DNA from: Podarcis bocagei
Taxonomy: Eukaryota
Strand: one strand, 5' to 3'
Assembly (NCBI GenBank): GCA_964188305.1
Contig: OZ076892.1
DNA: 64,000 bases
Every line of letters begins with the position of its first letter. Position 1 is the stretch's first letter. Both the position numbers and the translations under genes were made by a program. Below are positions 11,586-21,960 of the stretch, piece by piece. Under the pieces are notes generated by a model. It saw only the letters and a list, made by a program, of their open reading frames with translations, was not told the origin of the DNA and did no database searches.

Positions 11586-14500
11586 AGGACCCCCTCCACC
11601 CCCGTCCTGACCTGTGGAACCATTTTCTTTCCCTTCTTCGGCCGACGAGGCAGGGAACCCCCGGAAGGAACTGTCACCGTCCTCAGTGGATTCGAAACCA
11701 GCTTCCCACCCGCTCTGATTCCGGCCAATGGAGGGGTCCTCCCAGTCCGATTCTTCTTTCTCCCAAGCCTCTCCGCCACCCCCCCGGAGTCCGGAAACCC
11801 CTCAAAGCTCTCTTCGTTGTCTGTGGTTCCAAATTGCTCCTCCCAGAATCTCTCTGGGGGTTTGGGCTTGTCCGGGAACTGGTGGTGGAATACCTCCACC
11901 AGGTACCTGTCATCGATAGCTCCCGCTGGAACCCACGTGTTTTCTGACTCTGGCTCCCCTTCCCAAGCCACCAAGTACTCCACCTGGCGCCCTCGCCACC
12001 TTGAATCGAGTATTTCCGTGGCCGAGTGATGATGTTCCCTTTCTTCTACCTGCGGTTGAGTGGTGACTTCTCCTTCTCGCCCCGGGAATTCCCGCCCCTC
12101 CTTGTGTGGTGAGAGTAGGGACCTGTGGAACACCAGATGTATTTTCATGCTGTCGGGTAACTTGAGCTTAAACACCACGGGGTTTACCTGCTGTGTTACC
12201 TCGAATGGCCCCAGCCGTCGGGGCTGCAATTTCTTGCACCCCCCTTTGAAGGGTAACCCTTGGGTGGACAACCACACCCGGTCCCCCACCCGTATAGTCT
12301 CCCCTTCCCTGCGGTGCTTGTCTGCCTGCCTCTTGTAAACTTCCTTGGCCTGCTCCAAGTTCATCTTAAGTTGCTGGTGCAGGGCTTCCATTTCTTCCAC
12401 AAACTGCTCCGCAGCTGGTACACTCCAGCTTTCCTTCTCCCTCCCTGGGAAGGCTCTGGGATGACACCCATAATTGGCCATGAATGGGCTCATTCCCGTG
12501 GACACGTGTTCAGCGTTATTGTACGCAAATTCAGCCAGCGCTAGTTTCTCTACCCAATCGTTCGGCCTCTCGCTGATGTAGCAGCGTAGGTATTGCTGGA
12601 GTATACTGTTTGCTCTTTCCGCTTGCCCATTGGTTTCTGGGTGCCTCGCCGTCGAGAACCCCACCTCGACTTGCAGCAAGCTCATGAGCTTCCTCCAGAA
12701 CCGGGAAGTAAATTGTTTCCCATGGTCAGAGATAACCCTCAAGGGGGCGCCATGCAACCTGAAAATGTGCTCCACAAACAATCGTGCCGTCTCCTCCGCC
12801 GTTACCGCATGTGAGCAGGCTATAAAATGGCACATTTTCATCAGTAAGTCGACCACTACCATGACCGCTGTCTTTCCCCGGGATTTGGGCAAATTGGTCA
12901 TAAAATTGATGGACACCACCTCCTAGGGTTTACCCGGTGTGGGTAAGGGTTCCAGTAAACCTGCGGGAGCAGCCCGCTCCCCCTTTGCCCTTTGGCAGCG
13001 GTTGCACCCCCGTACATATTCCCGTACATGCTCCCTCACCCTGGGCCACCAGAACTGCCTGGTGACCAGCATCATGGTTTTGTGCTGTCCAAAGTGCCCA
13101 GCGGTGGGGTTGTCGTGAAGTTGTTTGAGTACCTTTCCTCTCAGGGTCTCCCCTGGTACATACAGCGCCCCTTTATAGTATAGCACCCCTTCCTTCTCCT
13201 CAAACCCTTCTTAGGCCCCCTTCCGTTTCGGAGTTCCCTGATTTTAGTTTGTGCGAACACATCGCTCCTGGTGAGCCCTGCCAGTTCCCGTTTTCCCACC
13301 AAGGTTCCCCCACACACCCATCGGTCCTCACGGATAACGTGCCTTGTCTCCGGCGGCCCCTCTCCTTCGAAGTACTCTGACTTCCTGGAGAGAGCGTCTG
13401 CTCTCATGTTTTCCTCTCCTGGCACATACCGGATTTCAAAAGAAAACTTGGAAAACTCCTGTGCCCATCGAATCTGTCTCTGGTTGAGTACTCGTGCAGT
13501 TCTCCAGTACTCTAAGTTCTTGTGATCGGTGCAAACCTGGATTCTGTGTTGCGCTCCTATCAGTAGATGACGCCAACGACGAAAGGCAGCGTAGATCGCG
13601 AGCAGTTCTCGGTCATACACGGTATAGTTTTGCTCCGACTTGCTCAGCTTCCTCGAGAAAAAGGCACACGGTTTCCATTCCTGCTTGCTCCTCCCTGGCT
13701 GCAAGAGGACCGCCCCTATGGCCCGGTCAGACGCATCAGTCTCTAGCCTCATGGGTTTCTCCAAATCCACGTGCAGGAGTTGCTCTTCCGACGCAAACGT
13801 CTTCTTCAGTTTTTCAAAGGATTGCTGGGCTTCCTCTGTCCACACGAACTTGTTTTTGCTACTGAGACAATCCGTGATGGGTGCTGTCAAGTGGGGGAAG
13901 TTCTTGATGAACTTCCTGTAGAAGTTGCTGAAACCTAGGAACCTTTGCACGTCCTTCCATGTTTTGGGGGGCTTCCACTCCAACACTGCTTGCACCTTGC
14001 TTGGGTTCATCGCTAGGCCTCTGTCAGATAACTTGTAGCCCAGGAACTCGACTTCTCTGGCGTGAAACTGACATTTTTCTAGCTTGACCCACAACTGGTG
14101 TTTCTGCAATTGTTGTAGCACCTCCCTAACGTCTTGGACATGTTGCTCCTCGTTGTCCGAATAAATCAAGACGTCGTCCAAGAAGGCTACGCAGTTCTTG
14201 TAAAGCAGAGACCCCAACATGTGATGCATGAAAGCTTGAAAACAGGCGGAGCCTGACTGTAATCCAAAAGACATAACTAGGTACTCAAATGCCCCTAGGG
14301 GGGTGAACATAGTGGTCTTCCATTCATCCCCCTCCCTCATCCTGATCAAGTTGTATGCTCCCCTGAGGTCCAGCTTGGTGAAAAATTTTCCTTTCCTCAC
14401 TCTCGTCAAAATGTCGATTCTGGGCATTGGGAAGGTCACGGGCTCAGACACCAAATTGACCCCTCTAAAGTCCACAACGAGCCTGAGTTTATTTTGGTCT

Positions 14501-15220
14501 TTTGTCCACAAAGAACACCGGACTGCCTCCCACTGCCTTTGATTCTCTTATGAACCCTCTTTTTAGGTTCTTGTCAATAAACTCCCGCAACTCCTTCATC
14601 TCCCTGTCCGACACGGCGTACAGCTTACCCACAGGCAGCTGCGCCCCCGGGAGCAAGTTGATTTGACAGTCAAAGGGCCTATGGGGTGGTAGTCTATCTG
14701 CCTCCTTCTCACTGAAGACCTCCCGCAGATCAGCATATTGTGGTGGCACCTCCCCCTTCCGCTCCACCGCCATCCCAGCCACCCTGGCTACACTCATCCT
14801 TGGGGTTTCCCCTCCTAGACAGTGTTCCAGGCAGTAGGCTGACCCAAAGCTGACTGTCCTCTGATGCCACGCCACCACTGGATCATGTTGTGCTAGCCAG
14901 CTCATCCCTAATATTATTGGAGGCCCCGCTAGTGAGGCGACATGAAAGGCGATAGTTTCAGAGTGCCTGGACACCCTCATTCTCATTGGTGGGGTCTGGT
15001 GTGTCACTTCCCCTCCTAGAAGCTCCCTGCCATCAATGGTGGTTACTTGCAAGGGAAAATCCAAAGGCAACAAGTGAAGCTGGTGCTCTAAAGCAAAGTC
15101 CTTGCTGAAGAAATTGCAGGAGCTGCCCAAATCCAGCATTCCCTTCACCTTGACTGGGTGCCCATTTGGGAGTTCTAGCACCACTTCGATGGCTATAGCC
15201 GCCTTAGGGGGGTCTGGTTG

Positions 15221-15289
15221 GGGCACTCTTACTGGTTGCTGGCCTGGCTGCTGTGCCCGCTGAGTGGCAGCCAAGCGTTCCTGTTTCCC
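15221..15289 (-). promoter_or_regulatory. -1 programmed ribosomal frameshift signal (slippery heptamer plus H-type pseudoknot)
   Basis: G_GGA_AAC (15289-15283) is in the gag frame and pol is exactly the -1 frame. 6-nt spacer. Stem 1: GCUUGGCUGC/GCAGCCAGGC. Stem 2: GGGCAC/GUGCCC. Confidence 0.85.
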
Positions 15290-16251
15290 TGTTCCTGTGT
15301 CTTTTCCACCTCCTCCTCACCCCCTGCGGCTCCCACCATTCCTTGCCAGGCCTTTCTTTGAGGGCAGGCCCTGGCAAAATGTCCTGGCCGCTGGCAAAGG
15401 AAACACTTCTTGGTGGTTTTCCAATCCTTTCCCTCCTTTTTGCGACCTTCGCTGGAACTTGAAACTTCCCGTGCGCGCGCCCCATCTATTTCCATTGGCT
15501 CCGCAGGTGGGGAAGGCTGCCTTGGTATGTCAGGAATGCGGTAGTCATGGCAACGCTGCTCTCTCCCTTCCCGCCTCTCCTGAGCCCGCGCTTCCTGCCT
15601 CACGCCAATTGCAAGTACAGCCTTGGTCAGCTAGTCCATGGACTGTGGGCAGGGTGCGCGCGAAAGCTCATCCTTGACCGTTGGGGACAACCCCTCCTCA
15701 AATAACATTTGTATGGGTTCAGAGTCCAGCTGCCACCCGAGACAGTGAACTATTGCAAAGCGTGACCAGTAGTCTCTAACTGACTGGTTTCCCTGTTTAC
15801 AGTTCATCAGTTCCCGTTTTATCACACTTTGTTGTACATCACTGGAAAGCATTGCGTCCATCGCCTGAAAAAATTTCCGCAGGTCCTGCATGGCAGCATT
15901 CTGCGTCGCCATAAGGGGCCTGATCCACGCTCTGGCCCCATCCTGCAGGTGCCCCACAATATAGGCCACTCGCGCCCCATCGTCTTCAAAATCGTCATGC
16001 TGCAGTTTCAATGCGTATTCTATTTCCGTTCGGAACGAACTGTAATCCTGAGGCCTCCCCCCAAATTTGTGCACCAGTCCCGGTACCTTCCTTGCTATGG
16101 GGGTGGGCCTGGCCTGGGCATCCTGAGACCACCTTTCATCCAGCCGCACCGTCAGGAGGGCCACATGCTGTTCCAACTTGCGGTTCCTCTCCACCAGCGA
16201 TTGTCCTCCAGCAGCCCCTTCCATGGCTTTCACTACTCCCGTCTTACTCAT
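15229..16251 (-). pseudogene. gag: gag (retrotransposon capsid-like domain plus CCHC zinc knuckle), in-frame stop at 15631-15633
   Basis: ORFs 15631..16251 and 15229..15603 are in the same frame, separated by one TAG. CFLCQRPGHFARAC (CX2CX4HX4C) at 15364-15405. Confidence 0.9.
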
Positions 16252-16289
16252 GATGCCGTCTGCCTGTTGCGCACGAGCAACTTTCAGGG

Positions 16290-16300
16290 ACAGACAGATT
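16290..16300 (-). promoter_or_regulatory. Self-priming primer-binding site (11 nt)
   Basis: Minus-strand AATCTGTCTGT lies 2 nt after the 5' LTR and is exactly complementary to ACAGACAGATT inside the LTR (16430-16420). There is no TGG-type tRNA PBS. Confidence 0.8.
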
Positions 16301-16302
16301 GC

Positions 16303-16739
16303 TGTAATGAGGTATGAGTTACTCGTGCGTAAACTGCGGCCTCTCTCGGCTTAATTGCCTTGGTTAAACCGTTCTGACTGCACAGCCCATCTCCGTGTGG
16401 CTGTCTCAGTCGCTGGCAGAATCTGTCTGTGGGCGTTTCTTAAACCTTTTCCAGCATAAAAGCTGTCTGACTCCCAGTCTCCGCCTTCTCTCACTGCGCG
16501 GGAGTCTTCTGCGCAGGGAGGGCGTGGGTAGTGGAGGGCCTGTGCTCTCCTCACTAATCTCCAGAGAAGAATCCCGGTGCTCTTCCTTCGCTTCCCCCAT
16601 TTGCCCCCCTTTATCCCTGGTGTTGCGCTGATTTCCTTCCTCCTCTACCGAGCTGCTTCTCCCCCTGGTGCTGGGTCCTTTGCCCGCAGAATCTGGGAGC
16701 CTCCCCTTCGCCTCTCGCTCTGATGTCAGTTCCCTGACA
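16303..16739 (-). repeat. 5' LTR of the gypsy element (437 bp)
   Basis: By visual alignment, identical to 11136-11571 except one site (ctctctCGgctt here vs ctctctTgctt). TG..CA termini. Confidence 0.97.
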
Positions 16740-19700
16740 GTATCTGAACCTCAGGTGCTCATAAAGTCACAAATCCTCATCTTTCTAGTACCCTGAAATT
16801 GTAAACCACCTATACAAACAAATTAAAATAAAATGTATTGTTTTATGGCTCCAGATCCATGATTTTAAGACACAAATGGAAGGCAACATTACATGTTACA
16901 CATATATACCTATGTCACTAATGACTGATTTTCTGATGAAAACGTTGCTTTAGAATATATTTTTGCAGCAAAGAAGCAGTGGGTAGAAGGAACATTTAAT
17001 CCTTTCCTCACCTGCTACCTTTCAGCTCCCACTCCCACAGTTCCCGACATGCTTGTCTTTGTAGTTAGGACATTAGAGTCTGACCAGTGAAAGCTCCTGA
17101 GTGGTGGCATGTAAACATATGCAGACTTCATGATTATCTTCCTCCTGCAGGCATTAATGAAAGCATCACCTACCTGAGTTCCCAGAAGGTACATTAAGAA
17201 AAGTTGTTTTTACTTTGTGTTGTCCTTTGTGAATTAGGAACTTGTAAGCAGAGCTTTCAAACACAGCTTTTCTGATCTACACTCAGCTCACAAGAAACTG
17301 CTGCTCATTTATGAAAATACATCTCAAAAATGGCAAGGGAGAAGCCTTATCAAAGCAGAGACATCAAGTTGTCAGTCACTCTTCTGATGCACACCTGTAT
17401 TGAGGAAAAATGCTTCCTTTAATATAGCTTGATATTTGATAAAAATGTGACAAAACCAACTTGCTTTCCCCCTTCATCATCATTACGCCTTAGGGGGTTA
17501 CAAAGTTGATCTAAGATTCAAGGCCATTAGTGAACATATATGCACAGGATCAGAAGTTTCATTTTGATTCCTGAAAGAAACTCAGCCAAGCCCTCATATA
17601 TACAGGGGGCAGAATTTCTTTTTAATGTAGTTATAAAGCTTCCATCTCCAAAAAGGTTTGTGATAAATAACTTGATATACAATTCTCTCCCCTTTAAACA
17701 ATGAAGCTTAAAGTATTGCCATCAATCTTGATTGCTTGAAGAATGGTAAATACATCTGTAGGATGGGGAAGAGAAAACCGGGGGTTGCTTTGATGTTTGA
17801 AGACCTCTTGATGATGCAGTTCCATATTCCATCATAAAAATATAACTGTATGAAGATATCCTTTGTCTCTATTTCAATTGCATGTATCTTTTGTGGATCA
17901 AAACATAAGAGAGATCGGCTGGAAGGGAGAAATGACTATATAGTGAAAATGGAACCTCAAAGCCCTATTGGAGAAAGACTAATGCACTTTCATGTGCAGC
18001 ATAAAGGCTAGGGATAAGATGGCAATCTTTGCATAAGATGATAATAATAAGACCAGGTATTTGGTAAGCAACCAGTAATATAGGCTGAACACAAACAAAC
18101 ATTCGTCATGGTGGTAGAGTACTGGAAGGAGATACAAACTAAAGCTGTTATTATTCTTGTTCCTCAAGTCCACAAGGTCTAATAGTCAAATGCAAGAGAG
18201 TAAAATAGAGCACATAGGATTATATCCAGTGTTAATTATATGCAGAATAAACCCATTAAAAATAATGGACATTATGAATTTTTATTAATTTTAATGGGTC
18301 TACTCTGGGAAGAATTTAGTTGGTTACTGTTCGAGTTTGGTTAATCTATCACAGTGGTGTGCAGAAAGAAAAAGTATGGTGAGGCTGCTGGTTGAAAGGA
18401 TAAATAAAACTTAAGGTTTATTACTTATGCCAAACAAAGCCATTCTAAGTATAGGTTTTACATGTGGCCAAGCCGGAGCCACAGACTTGTTGGAGAGAGG
18501 TTTAGTACAGAGATTCTTACTCTCTCATAGCAGAGTTAGCACTTTGGTGATTGCTCCAAGCACATTAAAACTTGGTAAGATTTGCATCTGCCCTCATCTA
18601 CCTTTAGATGGCTACTTAGGCTAGAACAAATCTCAGACACTTTGTTTTGCAAATCAGTGAATGTTTCACTCACAGAGTTTCCAGGAGTTAGCAAACAAGT
18701 CCCCTGTTGGCAATAAAACAAAGAAGAAAAAGACTTAAAAAGAAAAGTGTTTGGTTTCCTTACAAAAATGTATGTGCAATCTTTGGGTTAACAAAGATAC
18801 AGCCTGCAAAATCTCCCTTTTGGAGCAATTCAGTTCATTTGCAGTATTTGCTGAGTTGGGAGCTAGCGCGGGGCTCCTTCTTTACTTGTTCCAGGAAGGC
18901 ACAAAAAAGAAAAATAATAATGGGAGGAACGAAACAAAAGGCTGCAGGGAGCCTACTAAGCTCCACCCAAGTGGCAACCTGAGCTCAAGATAACTCTTTT
19001 ATGCACACAACTGTGAGTCAGTAACTATATATTGCAATGCAAATTAACACTAGCACATGCTATCTCTTTCTGATACTGACTAAACTTGGAGAAGCAGCAG
19101 GAAGGAAGTAAAGTCTGAAAGCAAGTGATCTCCATTACCAAGAAGGAGTTATGAAAAGGGAAGAAAGCAGTCAGGAGGAAGAACAGGTTTCCTTTCTGCC
19201 TGTCTCTCCCCCACTGGTTCAGGTTGTTTACTGCAAGCAGTGTTGCTTTACTTTCAACAGATATAAGCCACATTTTCTGGGAGGGAAATGCTTTCAGAGC
19301 ACTTGGAGCACATACATTTGACCATGGCTGAACAAGCAGTGCATCCTTTGGGGGTGTTACAAAGAAGCCAGTGAAAGAAATAGGAAGCAAGTCACTTCCA
19401 TCTTCATTTCTGAGTGTCATCACTTCTCAATTTTTCTGTTTGTTTGCTGGCACTCACCTCCCTCCCCACTTCAGCTATTGCCAACTCATTATGCTTGGGA
19501 AAAATGAGTTCATTGTGAGGGGATAAAATGGTTCAGATAGATTTTGCAGTGTGCAAGAGCTTACTATGGCAACCCTAGGAGTGGAATTTGGAATTTGGGA
19601 TGGCGAAGAAAATTTATTTTGTTTGCATTTTAATGAGAAACTACCTAATTTGAAGTTCTGAAACCAATATGTGAACTGAAACATAATTATCCTTCAATAT

Positions 19701-21413
19701 TTGACCTCTTCTGATTCATACCTTAGTGAAAATAACATGCTAAAATGATTACATGAAAATGCTGCAGAAGCATGAAGAGTTGATTTTAACATGGTTAAAA
19801 TTAGGAAATCAAAACTGTCAGGTTTGTCCATTCCTACACACTATGGAATGGAATGAAGTCCTGGAAAAGGCCATGGCTACTCGGAAATCTGAAGTGGAGC
19901 CTACCATGCTGCAACACTTTGTTGCAGTCTTGTTGAGGTACTGCAGCATTCATTGTAGAAGAATGATAGCCAACGAGGTTCTGTCTAGTTCTATAAACCT
20001 GATGAATGTGAACTAGCTCCCAGTCTTTTTTAAAAAAAAACACACAAACCAAACAGACCCCCAAACTAAGGCCAGTATATCTGTGCTCTCCTAATTCTTT
20101 CACTTCTTTCCTCTGCATTTGCTTTTGCATCCCAGCATCTCGCTAGGTAACAAACTGCATGAGACAGAGCTTCCTCAGGGAATGGCAAGGGATTTGAAAT
20201 TCACATCACTTACCCCGTAAGGCTGTCAGATGATCAGATAGCTGAGAAACTGGTAATAGCTTAGGCTCTGGTGAAATATGTTTTTCAGTACATAATTACC
20301 TTTGTATTTTGTTCCCCTTATCCCTGATTGTCAGCATTTTAATTAAAAGTAGAGGTGGGAGAACCTGGGAAATGTGACTGTTTGTTGCAGGGTGGGGGAA
20401 GGGTGGTGGTGATTGCAGAATAGGGGAGACGTTAGATTTCTAGTTGAAGCCAGCCTGGCTGCATTTGAAAAAAGTTATCACCTGAATCGTCTGCCTTTGT
20501 TTCATTATTCAGCCTTTCTGTGCTTTCTCTTCCACTGCAGTCAATGTGATATTAATTCAAGGCATAAAGAAATACAAATTATTGGATGATACCTAAGTAA
20601 GACATGTGAGGGAGCTGGTATGCTCTATTTCCAGCTGCTAGACAAATGGGTTTCATTTGTAGGGTGGGCTCCTCTGTTTTATGTGTGTGTTTTCCTGGCA
20701 AAGGCACTGTGCTTTTTAACATCTACAAGTTAGGATGCAATTCAACAGGCACTGCTTTCCCCAGCAATCACATTTAGTAATGGGGAAGCATGCTCAATGA
20801 ACTGTCAGCTGCCAAAGCTATTTATATTATGTTACCTCTTCCCTTTGCTTCCCTGCCTGTGTGAAGCAGAGATGGGGAGTCTCAGGTCCAGGGTTTAAAT
20901 ACCTCCCTCCAGGCGCTGTCCCCAGGCCACCCACCCACCCCAGTCCTGATTCACATCCTTCTTGAGTGTTTTGGCCTGGATGGAATGTGTCTTTAAATGC
21001 TTCTTGTTTGCCTGGTTGGAAGATAGAGAGGGATGCATGAGTGTGAAGAAGGTAGCCCATGATACAAAGGCAAAAATCACATTTGTTGTTTCATGGATGG
21101 CTACAAGAAGAGCTAGTTTCCTTCCTTTCTCCTAAACATCTCACTGTTTTTCTCTTCCATGCACAAGGATCCCCAATTAAGGGATTTCATCCAGCAAGTC
21201 TTGGAAAAGTCACTGTCTCAAATTTTGGAGAGTGTCTATTGGTGTGAGGTATCTACAGACCAATCATCTAACTATAGCTAGTGCTTTTTTCTTTTTCTTT
21301 TGCTAGAAAAAGTGAGGTTCTATGGGTACCAGCACAAAAAGGCCATGGGCAGCAAAAAGAGAGAGGTGGCAGCAGCATCACAAACAAATGCACTGATTGT
21401 AGCCCTAGCAAAT

Positions 21414-21960
21414 TGTCAGGTGTGAGACAGCAGTAAATAACACTGAATAGGTGAATAACTCTTTATTAGAAAAACAGGATCCACACTGTAGTGCCAGGCC
21501 TAGTGAGCACAGCAACTCTTCTTTGGTAGGTCTTGTGGTAGTTGTGGAGATGGAAGGTTCCTTCATTCCCTCCTTTTCCAGGTTTCCCCCAAGCAATCTG
21601 AGACTGCACCTGTGCTCCTCCAGCTTCATGCTCTTCTGGTCCTGGGAGATCAGGGGAGTTTTTCACATAAGGAGGGGAAGACACTAGTGCTTCCTCAGCA
21701 GTCTGTCTCATCTCTGCCTCTTGACCTCCCTCATCCTACTCTCATGCTTCTGCTTCTGTTTCTGGACTTCTCTTTGCCACAGACTCTAACGTTTCACTAA
21801 GCCCAATTCACTAAGCTTCAGCTTCTGACACCTCATCCTCTTCTCCCTCTGACCACTCATTATCATCCCACCACAGTCCCCAAGCTCTGAGCCTTCTTCC
21901 CTTGGAGGTGTCCCAGCTTATTCAACCCACCATTCCTCTGCCTCCAGCCAGTCTCTGACA
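21414..21960 (-). mobile_element. Solo LTR (547 bp), old gypsy-type
   Basis: TGTCAG...CTGACA inverted termini. 5-bp TSD CAAAT (21409-21413, 21961-21965). AATAAA on the minus strand near 21465. CpG-depleted. Confidence 0.85.

Larger units (their letters stand above)
11238..15289 (-). pseudogene. pol: pol polyprotein (protease, RT, RNase H, integrase, chromodomain, C-terminal tail), disrupted
   Basis: PR 'MLDLGSSCNF' (DSG>DLG). RT 'KLDLRGAYN..FGL..FLDDVLIYS'. RH 'ETDASD..TDHKNL..ADALSR'. IN HHCC 'HDNPTAGH..CNRC', core 'ISDHGKQF..GQAERAN', and GPF motif. Chromodomain 'ILDSRW..EYLVAWEG..ENTW'. Frameshifts near 14500, near 13200 and at 11779-11785; TAG at 12923-12925. The end at 11238 is the reconstructed stop (inferred). 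Confidence 0.9.
11136..16739 (-). mobile_element. Full-length Ty3/gypsy LTR retrotransposon (chromovirus, Tf1/sushi-like), coding-defective
   Basis: Two TG...CA LTRs (11136-11571, 16303-16739). 5-bp TSD GTATC at 11131-11135 and 16740-16744. Domain order gag(CCHC)-PR-RT-RNaseH-IN-chromodomain on the minus strand. PPT next to the 3' LTR. Confidence 0.97.

Noticed and set aside
11558-11785. C-terminus of the 453-aa ORF (VAERLGRKK..RWMSGN) as the true integrase end
   Set aside because: The alternative frame contains a repeat of the preceding acidic FxGF motif and stays open into the LTR, so this tail is most likely a frameshift product.
12630-14300. APOBEC-type G>A hypermutation of pol
   Set aside because: The inferred changes include both C>T and G>A and mostly fit CpG contexts. 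There is no clear strand-specific signature without a consensus to compare.
15631-15633. In-frame TAG in gag as programmed readthrough
   Set aside because: It lies mid-gag, before the zinc knuckle, with no recognised readthrough context. The gag-pol junction is already explained by the -1 frameshift, so a CAG/GAG>TAG mutation is simpler.
11558-16251. Domesticated PEG10/RTL-like host gene
   Set aside because: Both LTRs and the TSD are retained, and the ORFs carry stops, frameshifts and catalytic-site mutations. This is a transposon copy, not a gene.
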